From: Azolla caroliniana
Taxonomy: Eukaryota; Plantae; Polypodiophyta
Reading direction: 5' to 3'
Assembly: GCA_043228905.1 (NCBI GenBank)
Contig: JBHGNT010000599.1
Coordinates: 1-19,521, forward strand
Length of the DNA stretch: 19,521 nucleotides
The position numbers were made by a program, and so were the translations under genes. The notes beneath the pieces are model-generated. The model saw only the letters and a list, made by a program, of their open reading frames with translations. It did not search any database and was not told the DNA's origin. Within the stretch, counting starts at the first letter, position 1, and each line of letters starts with the position of its first letter. This document shows, piece after piece, positions 1-9,750 of the stretch.

Positions 1-410
1 ACCGTAGTATCCTATACACGTGGATAAGTGTGAGGGTTAAACGAGAGTGTAAAGAAGGGGAGCATTACTTTTATTCCTTGGGATTGAGACAACCCATTAG
101 GCCAAGTGTGAACTAGCCTGGGACCTTGGGTCTCGCTATAAATATGAGGCCTAGCTACCCTCATTTCATCATTTCTTGACTACGTCAAGACTCTGTTTCG
201 TGGTGGGTCAAGTCTTGTAGTGAGCACCAGCACCAGGTACGACTCGACACCACGGCAGTGGTATGGGATGCCGATCGAGGCTCAAGGCCGTCTCGATCCC
301 TTCTCTTGGGGGTGGTCGGGTGGATCGGCACCCTTCTTTCTCTCTCTCCTTTCTTATTTCAAATATATTATATCCTTATCATATGCTTATATTAGATCAT
401 CACTCTAACA
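1..410 (+). mobile_element. Probable distal part of an LTR (3' or solo LTR), truncated by the window edge
   Basis: CTATAAATA TATA-like box near 136-144, CT-rich and AT-rich tail, ends in CTCTAACA (CA terminus) at 410. No PBS follows and no partner LTR is in the window. Confidence 0.4.
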
Positions 411-1071
411 CACTATAAATCCATGACCTTGCGGTTTTAACTGTTCCACCCAGCCTTCCCCTGTTAACGTCAAACCCTATAAGAACCCCCACACAACTTT
501 CCCAGTCACACCGCAAGTTCCCACGATCTTGAGACTTCTACCCCAAATGCTAATCGACTCTGCGCAATTCCAGAAACAATGAGGGATCGATTCCAAAGCA
601 TGTCCACATAACTTTTAAGCTCAAAATTTCAAGCTCAATTTTGGAGCTAAATTGGCGAAAAACGAATATCCAAATTATTACTAGAATTTGGGGCTAAATC
701 GAAGCTCTCGGTCCCAACAAAAATTTTGGATCTCGATTTTGACCCATAAGCAAAATTGTTGCTTGGACATGTAAATTTTTGGACAGTGGGAGTCAAACCG
801 GCTATGTTCCATCCACCACAGCACACTCGAAAAGGAGGATTGAAAACTTTACTTTCGAATATTTTCGAGCATGAGGATTAAACCGCCGCATGTCATCGTT
901 CGTCACAATCTTTCTTTCTACTTCAACAATTGATGCTCACATCTCTTTCTTTTTTTTATTGTAATTAGCTTAAGTCTTTTACACTACTACCACTACATCT
1001 TGGGTTTGAAACCCAATTTTCTCTCCTCTCTATTACACCATATATATCTCTTATTTCACTAGATTCCACTG

Positions 1072-1140
1072 TGGAATGTAGGGGTTGAGCCATGACCACA
1101 TGGTCTCCATTGGGCAACCTTACTAACTGAGCTACATCCA
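1072..1140 (-). pseudogene. Degenerate tRNA-like sequence (tRNA pseudogene or tRNA-derived SINE head)
   Basis: Minus strand reads TGGATG-TAGCTCAGTTAG (A-box-like, 1134..1123), 31-nt spacer, GGCTCAACCCC (degenerate B box, 1091..1081), then ACATTCCA that partly pairs with the 5' end. No convincing anticodon arm. Confidence 0.45.
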
Positions 1141-3886
1141 TCTAGGCAATCTCTATTTTTTCTTCTTCTTACTCTCGTTATCTTTCCCCCATTTACATTA
1201 CTTCTTTGTTTGTTTGTTTGTTTTCCCACCCTTCTCTTTTATTTTCCCCTCTTACCTATTCTTTTCCACTCCCTCTTTTACATGCACACATATATACATA
1301 CATGTTATCTAATATTAGCTTGCACATAAAAAATACAAACATACAAACTTCTTGATATAAAAGTAGATATGTGCACACTTGTACACTCTCATATACAAGA
1401 GATTTCGTAAGTACATAATTATGAAAAGTAAGGTGATCATAATTTCCCAAAAGAAACCGAACATAGAATTGAACAACTATGAGTACTTTGTCATTCCCGT
1501 CCTTTATGGTTGAAGTCCTCAGTGGTCTCACTTGCATTTCGCGCTTGCGATACCACTCTAGTGACTTTATTTCATTTCATATTCGAACAAATTAGATATC
1601 AAGTTTTCAACCTAGATCTACCTATCGATGATGCCATTTGGTTTCAACTACGTCAATTCTCATACCAATGTTCCAATAGTCTACCAGCATTGTAACGTTG
1701 CATTATCCCTCATCTTTATCATCTTTCCTTGCGAATGTGTGCCTTTTCGAAAATGGTAACCAATTGAGGATGAGATAATATTAGAAATGTTTCAAAATGG
1801 TTAGGTGTATTCCATTTAAAGGAAACCAAAATTTAACATTTTCAGCTCCTTTTGAAGGAGAGAGGAAATGTAATTCAAGTTATGCAAGAAACAACATTTT
1901 TTACATATAGGGAATGTTTGCTCGACATGGTTTTGCTCTCTTTGGTTTTGATATAGACAAAAAATGTTTATCTCTTACATTGCACAAGAAGTGGAAACAA
2001 TACTATCCACATCAATCTTGCTATTGGATATAGTTTCTCTTGTAATAATGGTATCTATTAGAGAGAAAGGAATCTACAAAAGCATTTAATCATAATTGAT
2101 ATCATGAAAAATTAGAGTTGGTCTTTAACCTTGGTTGTAAACTTTGATTGGTATGTTTCCTTGTTTCAAATGTTAAAATCAAATAGCTAATGGTAGAGAT
2201 AAACGCATGTGAGTCACTCTGTGATTTAGCTAGATATATGTTAAGGCGTATGAGACATAATAATTGTAGTTTGGTATGATAAGTGGCTAAATTGCTTTAA
2301 TCCATTAGTTAGATCTCATAAAAAACAAGAGACCCATTGCAATATTTCATCACAAATACATTCACATGTTCACCCATTGGAAAGATACCATGTAAGTCTA
2401 ATACCAATACATTAGGGTATTATACAAAGCATTTCCCTAGTGGTAACTTTGGATCCCACCATTATGTATTCCCATCATCTAGATTTCTTTTGTTCCAAAG
2501 GAATACCGTTATGAAATGTATCACACTAATCATCCTATTATCGTGCCCCTTGTAATATAAGGGTTTCTTGTCAATAGAAAATTCTTACAATAGATGTTTT
2601 GCTTTTGATTGGTTGATTATGTTGAGATGGGAGCTAAGAGTCAGAGTGAACATTTTCCTTCTGCATGGAGTCCTATCACCCTTCGCTTGGAAGAGATTTA
2701 AAGCTAGTGACAATTTCATTGTTGTGGTATGAAACCATCTTAATGAAAGGCTATTTATTAGACCATCCTTTTGAGGAGAGGCGTTAATGATAGACGACCT
2801 TTGTTTTTAAGAAAACATTATGAACATGACTTTCCAACAAGAAATTATAAGAAAACATCATAAATCTCACTTTAGAACAAGAAATTAAGTGCTAAATCAC
2901 GATATAAAGCATGGACTTTATATATGCAAACTAGCCTTTAGTCGTCGCCATCAATTCAAACTAAAAGTTCATTCACACTTCTAGGTTCATGTGCCACCTT
3001 ATTAAAAGCCTTAATTTTTTATATGGAAACCTTGCCAATTGAAGTTCCAAGGAATAAGTTTGACATTGAATTCGTTATAAAAAGATAGTGTTGTTTTGGG
3101 TCCGAGATCATATGCGCCTACAAGTAAAAGACTTTTCAAATTCACTTTTAACGACCTAAAGGGACAAATTTTGTATTGACAACATAGATTCGATTTCAAC
3201 GAACCCAAGGGTAATTGTAACGTATTGGCAACAAACATTACACGAAGGACATGTGTTCCATTAAAACACGTCACATTCCATTTAGACACACGTCTCAATT
3301 CCGATTTTCTTGGGCAGACTTTTGAAGATAAGTCCAAAAGAAATGCCAAAAGCTTTATTGAATTCAACTTGGGCTATTTTGAGATTGAGTTGGGTTCAAT
3401 ACTTACAATAAGGAACACTTTATTTTCTTATGGTTGTTTTTTTAGTACAAAATGCCAAACCATTATTCTCATATCACACAAAGGCACATTTCCATTATTG
3501 CATTTCTGTGTGTGTGGGGGTCGATGACTCTTGTTTTAAATGGTGCTAAGGGTGTTTGTAGAGCAGAATGTAAGATAAGAGTGCCATCTTTATTAGCAAA
3601 ATACACCAGAGACGAGGAGGCGATGGTCGTGTCAAATTCCCAAGGATTCAAATTCTATACATTATCCTTGATGGTCTTGGTGAACTACAAAGAATCTATC
3701 ATTTGTCTATACGTGTCCGTCCATACCCACCTTATACCCCACCCCCACCTCAACACACACACATTGTTGCACCCTCAACTCACAAGATCGAGAAAGCTTT
3801 TCTATCGTCCACAAGGGAATGCGGAAAAGGAATCAGTCCATAAAAACTTTGGGGGTTAGACCCTCTCCCCTAAGGGGGTGAATATT

Positions 3887-3910
3887 TATATACATATATA
3901 TATATATATA
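3887..3910. repeat. (TA)n microsatellite downstream of the transporter stop codon
   Basis: tatatacatatatatatatatata seen directly. Confidence 0.85.
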
Positions 3911-3979
3911 GGGAGTGACTTTTCATGGCTAACGATCTAGCTCATGTGTGTGAAAACGTCCAAAGGTGTGCTGAATGAA

Positions 3980-5941
3980 TTAATAGAGTTGTCCATCATC
4001 CCTCCCCCTATTCCTAGCCTTTGCATTTCTGGCCGACTCTTTGAACTCTTCGATGACTAGGCCGGTTAAGAGCAACCCCGAGAGCACGGCCGATATCATG
4101 AGCATGATAAACACGGAATTCCATCCGTACAATTCCGAGAGGTATCCGGTCAACAAGGGCCCTGCGGCCGCGCCGATGGACCCCGTCCCATCGATGATGG
4201 CCGTGACCGTGGCCAATGCCTTGGAGCTCCCTCTCAATGACTCGTGCGTGCCAAGATCGGCCGCGACCGCGGTCGTTATAAGAGCATAGGGCCCATTCAC
4301 GCACACGCCCGCGATGAACAATAGGAGGCCATTGAGCCAGAAGGATCCGCTCCCAAACACACGGTAGAACAGGAGGGCGGGCAATGCCGTGTATATGAAG
4401 GACGCCGCAACAATGGCCCGGGAATTCATCCTGTCCGAGATGTACCCGGCCAGGATGCCGCCAATCGTCCCACCAATGTCGAACACAGTTGAAAGATTCC
4501 CGGCCGCGGTACTTGATAGATACACCCCAGCTATTTCTGCACACAACAGAAACAATCAGGCTTTTCAAAAAGAAAAAGTAAAAAAGATAGATCTACTAGA
4601 GTCCGATCGATCTCGGACAGGCACATTTTCCCGCCCGGAGTTCGGGATTTCTCTGCCCAATTAGATGAGATTCCAGAAGTATCTCAATATATATATACCT
4701 GTGTGTTTGATGTAAAATGGAAGCCAGTAGAGGAATGTATAGGCCACGAGCTTTGCGAAGAAGAGACAAAATGCGAATGGCGCTACTCGTGGGATCGCCC
4801 ATGCCTGCAAGAACCCGACCGCGGCATGCCTGTCGTAGTTATCTTCATCAGGTTCATAGGAACCATGATGATGATTTTGTTCTCCTCCTTTGAGAAGGGG
4901 TTCCTTCTCAAGGTCATCATCATTCATCGGCTTGGGCTGGGGCTCGTGTGGCGACGCAATGCCCACTATCTCGGGCTCCACCACTAGGAACAAGAACATA
5001 ATCACTCCACCAATGATGATGGCCATGCCCGGGACCAAGAAAGACCATCCCCATCCATAGCCTAGTACCGAGGAGGCCATCAAAGTCCCGCATATGTTCC
5101 CCACCGATGTGTGTGCATTCCACACGCCCATGATGAGGCCACGCTTCGACTTCCCGAACCAATTCCCGACCACGGCCACGACCGCCGGCCAGCCCGTGGC
5201 TTGCACGAACCCGCCCATGATCTGGACGATGAAGAAGTAGGCGAGCCAGTGGATATCCCACCAATAGGCGAATCCGAAGAGGCAAACGCAGGCCCCGCTG
5301 GCCACCATGCCGCCCGAGAGGAACCAGCGGAGGTCGACACGGTCGCCCAGATGGCCTGCCACGAACATGGACATCGAATAGGCGGCCAAGAAGGCGACAT
5401 CCACATCGCCCAAGAGAGATGTCCCTGAGGTACCATTGAAAGGCGCCCATCCGCTCGATGATGATGATGATAATGATGACAATGAAGAAGTGGTATTTAA
5501 GCTCAATCCAGCCTCAGCCTCTGTCCTTACTGTGTAGATTACATGAAGGGGCCATGGGATCTGATTATCAGGAGGCTTGGATCTCGCTAGGGAGGTGAAA
5601 TTGTCAGTGTGATGATGACGATGATGATCAAATACATTGAGGCTGAAGGAATCCTGCAGAGCAGCAGCAACATCATCATCATCGGATGTGAGAGCATTCT
5701 TCACAACGCTTGGGGGCTTCCGTGAGGCATGGAAGAGAGCATAAGCAAGGAAGGTGAGCAAAAGCACAGAGGATCTGTAGGTCTTGATTCTCAGAATCTC
5801 AACTTCATCCTGATTGACGCCTGTCTTCTTCTTCCTCCTCAAGAAGAAGATGCTGTTGATGCTTGGAAGGAGGGCTATGCCAGGAGGAATTCCTTTCTTA
5901 CCTTTATTAACCGAATTCCCTTCAGCTTTCTTCGTCTCCAT
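3980..5941 (-). CDS. G3Pp: Glycerol-3-phosphate permease / vacuolar Pi efflux-type MFS transporter (G3Pp/VPE, SLC37/GlpT family); join(5941..4699,4536..3980), 599 aa, or 666 aa if the in-frame ATG at 6142 is used
   Basis: Family motifs TFLAYALFHASRKPPSVVK, GWAPFNG, AGHLGDR, QATGWPAVVAVVGNWFGKSKRGLIMGVWNAHTSVGN, FFAKLVAYTFLYWLPFY, GPYALITTAVAADLGTH and ATVTAIIDGTGSIGAA. Splicing joins ORFs 4661..6142 and 3980..4555 in frame (FYIKHT-E-IAGVYLS). TAA at 3982..3980. ATG 5941 precedes the PPGI motif found near the N-terminus of plant G3Pp proteins. Confidence 0.93.
4537..4698 (-). other. 162-bp phase-1 GT-AG intron of the G3Pp gene
   Basis: Donor ACAG|GTATAT at 4699/4698. T-rich tract and acceptor GTGCAG|AA at 4537/4536. 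Removal restores a GAA codon and the reading frame. Confidence 0.9.
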
Positions 5942-6087
5942 CAGAAGAGTAACTTGGACAGAAACCAGAGTTTTTCTGTTTTTTTTGTTTTCCTTCTTCT
6001 TTTCTCTTTCTTTATTTATAATTTTGGCTTCTTTTCTTTTTTCTGAGTTATTGGGGGGCTTTCTCTGCCTCTGTCTCTGTCTTACTG

Positions 6088-6170
6088 AAGAAGAAGCTGA
6101 AGAAGAAGAAGAAATAGAAGTAGAAGAAGTAGTTATAGTCATTCGGCTACTTCTTCTTCTTCTTCTTCTT
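6088..6170. repeat. (GAA)n and (CTT)n microsatellites arranged as an inverted pair
   Basis: GAA-type runs at 6088-6129 and (CTT)7 at 6150-6170. Confidence 0.85.
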
Positions 6171-6198
6171 GAGAGGAAGGTGGAGGAGAAATGGTAAT

Positions 6199-6232
6199 GG
6201 GGTGGGGGCAGAGGAAGGGGGGGGGGGGGGGG
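6199..6232 (+). repeat. G-rich tract with G16 homopolymer (pyrimidine patch on the gene strand)
   Basis: GGGG 6199-6202, GGGGG 6204-6208, G16 6217-6232. Confidence 0.8.
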
Positions 6233-6244
6233 ATCTTTTCAAGA

Positions 6245-6311
6245 GAATATTCTTCAGAATATGCATATGGACTTTTTTGAATGTGCCCAATCACTCCACA
6301 AATGAATATTC
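6245..6311. promoter_or_regulatory. Cluster of three P1BS (PHR1-binding, GNATATNC) elements in the G3Pp promoter
   Basis: GAATATTC 6245-6252, GAATATGC 6257-6264 and GAATATTC 6304-6311, just upstream of a gene from a phosphate-starvation-induced family. Confidence 0.8.
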
Positions 6312-6593
6312 ACCCCATGCTTTCTGTGGGTGGGCAGGCACAACACACCAACATCCTAGACTTCTCATCATTCATTCTCTTCGATCCCATCATGGCCACC
6401 CGATGAACCCTTGTTTCCTTAGCGTTCGGCCTTATCCTCTCCCCCCTTCGTATCTCTGAAAGCGCAAGACATTTGTGTACATCGCTCTGAAGCCTACATT
6501 GCATGTCGAAGCAACGAAATGGCACGGCCTTACGCCACCCACAACTCACCTACTAAGCCGTAGAAGGCTCTTTTGTTAAGACCTTTGTACCCC

Positions 6594-6977
6594 GTACCTA
6601 CAATGCACTGGGCACACGTTCCTTCTCTTTGAGCTCGCGTTATGTCACTTTGCATAGACATTGTGATCGCCTCCCTAAGTGTTAAATATGCTCCATTCAC
6701 ATAGGCTTTCCATAGACATTGTGATCGCATCCTAAGTGTTAAATATGCTTGTGTTAAACCTCTATAACTACCATGCACTCAACACACTTTCCTTCTCTTC
6801 CAAGTTGTGTATATCACTTGCACAAACATGTGTAGCTAACATTGTGATCACTTGCTAAGTGTTAAATATGCTCCATTCATACTTGTGTACCTACCATGCA
6901 CTTGGCACACCTTCCATCTCTCATAGCTTGTGTATCACTTGCACAAACATATGTGTAGTAGATAGACACTGTGATCT
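6594..6977. repeat. Degenerate tandem repeat array, unit about 110-120 bp, about 3.5 copies
   Basis: Exact 18-mer CTAAGTGTTAAATATGCT at 6675, 6732 and 6855. ACATTGTGATC, CTAC(A/C)ATGCACT and TATCACTTGCACAAACAT also recur. Confidence 0.8.
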
Positions 6978-8920
6978 CAACCTCCTTTTGGGTATGCCAT
7001 ATATTGCAGACAATCTTGTTTTCCCTCTCTATGACCATTGACAACATGAACTAGCTTAGAGTATGCAATGCCATGAAAACACTCTCCTTCAACTATAACA
7101 ATATAGATTTGTGAAATTTTCTCCTACGCATTTCATTTGATAAGTGTGATAGTATGATCCATTGTGTTCTTCTATCTGTAATGTTGGAAGAAGTGGTTTT
7201 GTGTACCTTACATATTCTAAGCTTGTCTTTGTTTGTGGTTATTTAGGGCTTTTTAATCATTCTTGTTTCTTCTCTGTGATTGTAGTGCCACCATGATTCC
7301 CAATTTGGAAGACAATCCAAAGTTTCTATCTTGTATTACATCTCTGGATGTTATGCATTTTGGGTTATCCATAAGAAATGTTTGTGGAAAGGACATGATC
7401 TCATGCCCACAATCTATCTCAACATCTCGATCATGATTATTACATTTTCAAGAGATAATATGAGTTCTAGCTTCCAAGGTTCTCAATATGCTAGAGAATG
7501 TTAAAATAAGTACACTTGTAACTCCACTCACTACTTTCATAATTCATGCAATTTTGAGGTGTTGAGCTCATTCTTGTATTTTGAGATAACCTATTCCCAT
7601 GTGAGGACAAACAATGAATTGGTGTTGAATGTGCATCCCACTTTTGGTGTAGATTACGCACATTTGTGGACAAATCTACCAATCGAAATGTGGGCCATGA
7701 TTGAATTTGCTTTTTTGGAAGGATATGAAGTAATTGACCTTTTGTAATTGCTGTGCTTACCCTTGTTTTGAGAGACAAATTGCTTTTATTATCATAATTA
7801 GGGGTCAAATATGTCCTATGGCAGCAAAAATTGAAATATATTCATGTATTAATTGGGAATTTAGTGCTTCTTATTGCTCAAGAAGTTCACTAATAAATGT
7901 TGCAATTCTCTGAAAAGGAGACTCAAATTACCAAGAGCAGGCAAGGATCAAAGAAGGCACAACAGAATAGGTAATTTATGTGTGTGCCTATGTCTATCCT
8001 TAATTTGACACATAGTCCATATATATTTGTATGGTTGCAACATTTCCAAATTCTTACGCGTGTTGTCCACATTTTCGTGGCCATGTCTAGCTCTATGTGT
8101 AAAATGGTAGCTTGAGAAAATTGCTATAATGTAGTAAAGTCCAAAATAATTTTAACTTAATGATACAATGATGTTTTGTAATAGTGTTAATTCTGCATTA
8201 ATTGAACTTGTCTTTAAACATTTACAATGCACACTCAATGCTTTGTTTGTTTATTAGTTGCCATCCTAAAGAACTAAATGGGCAATGCTATTTGGTTTGG
8301 ATTTATTGTGATACCAACTTATTGTGGCCCAGATTTCAGCTTCATGTATATTATGATAGCCACAAGATCAAACACTTCATATGCAATGAGAATTTATTAC
8401 TTAATTAAGTCAAATCATAGCAAAAACATATAAGGAAACACTAGAAGTTATAGATAGAGAGGACTTATTCATATGTTTTTGTAGATAGTAAGATTCAATG
8501 TTGGGAACAATTATTCAAACTACCTTAGGAATATAGATTATGGAGGTCAACATTGGATTATTTGATCACACTAATAACAGATGCAATGTTGGATGTCACA
8601 TGTGCAAATGGCTCCATTCTCCCCAAGTAACTCTTTGTGACTCTCATCTCTAGTTACTTGCTCTTTATAGTAAACCCCAATATCTCTCCAAGTTTTTATG
8701 TTTACCCCAGAGCTCCAACAAGAAGCTCTTGTGTGTGAGCTTAATGTTCCCATTCTCTACATGTAGCTTTGCATTCTCATATGTGCGATGGTTACCTCTA
8801 GCTAATTATTCTCGCTTCAACCAACCATTCTCTTTACAAACACCGACTATCTCCATTAGATAGCAACTAGGCATCTCACTCCAAATGCATGGGTTCGAAA
8901 ATATAGAGGTCCCTATTAGA

Positions 8921-9435
8921 TGTTGGGAAAACCTAGAAAAGACCAAAAGTGGATGCACATTCAACACCAAAAGTGTATAAAAGTAAATGTATAAAATGGG
9001 TTACTATTCTGAAAACACACATATATAATTATGTACAGTATAAAGAAATTATAAAGGGTACAATGCAAACTTTTTATATAGACTCTTCATTTCTCTCATC
9101 TTATCCTCACTCTACTCTGAAATAATCCTCTTTTAAGAAAAAGTCTTAATCTCTTAAAGATTGTAAGCTTTCACCTTTGTACTACTCATAGAAGTAGATA
9201 ATCAAAGTTGGGACATTTTGGTGATGTCTTACTTATTTGTAATTTCTTTTCACCATTGATTAAGCGTTGTTGAATCTTTTAGTATCTTGTGATAAGTGTT
9301 AATTGTGAAAATATGTGATTAGATTTCATGTTGGTAGTTAACATACACATCAATAACTTGAGGTAGTTGACAATTGTTTTTCATCATCTTGTTCACAAGA
9401 CAATAGACAATTGAACAATCTCGAGGTGTGCAACA
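8921..9435 (+). mobile_element. Possible old solo LTR
   Basis: TGTTG...CAACA termini, internal TTTATATAG followed by a CT-rich tract. The flanks (TTAGA / CCAAG) do not form a TSD. Confidence 0.3.
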
Positions 9436-9750
9436 CCAAGAGCAGTATGTCTATGTATTGGCAAAGTTTTGTCTCCACACCAAATTGTTAGCCAATGGAT
9501 TCAGACTACCATATACCTTATGTTGGAGATGAGGTCGTGAAGGTAAGGGTGCAAAACCAACAATATATATCAATAGACTAACAAGATGAAGGATCAAGAC
9601 AGATTAATCAAGATTAAACAAAGACAGACTCCAAGACAAAGATTAACAAATGTAGAGAGAGAGGAAACTGTGGGGCACACCAAAATACAACTATATTATT
9701 CAAAAATGGTACCTACAACAACATCTTGACACTAGGTTTACAAAGTCGGT

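Noticed and set aside
600-780. Short repeated AAGCTCAA / GAGCTAAA motifs, possibly a MITE, and a lone P1BS match at 664-671
   Set aside because: No terminal inverted repeats or TSD could be defined, and a single motif is expected by chance.
1541-1555. GCGCTTGCGATACCA, resembling a reverse tRNA-Met PBS
   Set aside because: Only TGGTATC matches and no adjacent LTR end is present.
1256-3859. Short ORFs (1256-1537, 1510-1695, 2337-2555, 3011-3367, 3225-3527, 3452-3859)
   Set aside because: No recognisable domains, AT-rich intergenic composition, and many use non-ATG starts.
4661-4698. C-terminal GIYILRYFWNLI of the 493-aa ORF as the real protein end
   Set aside because: It is intron read-through; splicing at 4699 restores the conserved second half.
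4014-6197. Overlapping alternate-frame and antisense ORFs within the transporter gene
   Set aside because: Shadow ORFs caused by high GC3 and triplet repeats; no independent coding signal.
6594-6977. CRISPR-like reading of the repeated 18-mer
   Set aside because: Eukaryotic context, irregular spacing, the intervening sequences are themselves homologous, and there are no cas genes.
7300-8860. Possible decayed coding sequence (exon-like patches, ORFs 7491-7808, 7559-7747, 8571-8753)
   Set aside because: No motif recognised; a translated search against protein and TE libraries would be needed.
9521-9750. TGTTGGAG-starting purine-rich segment that may be the end of a minus-strand LTR
   Set aside because: No second terminus, TSD or partner copy.
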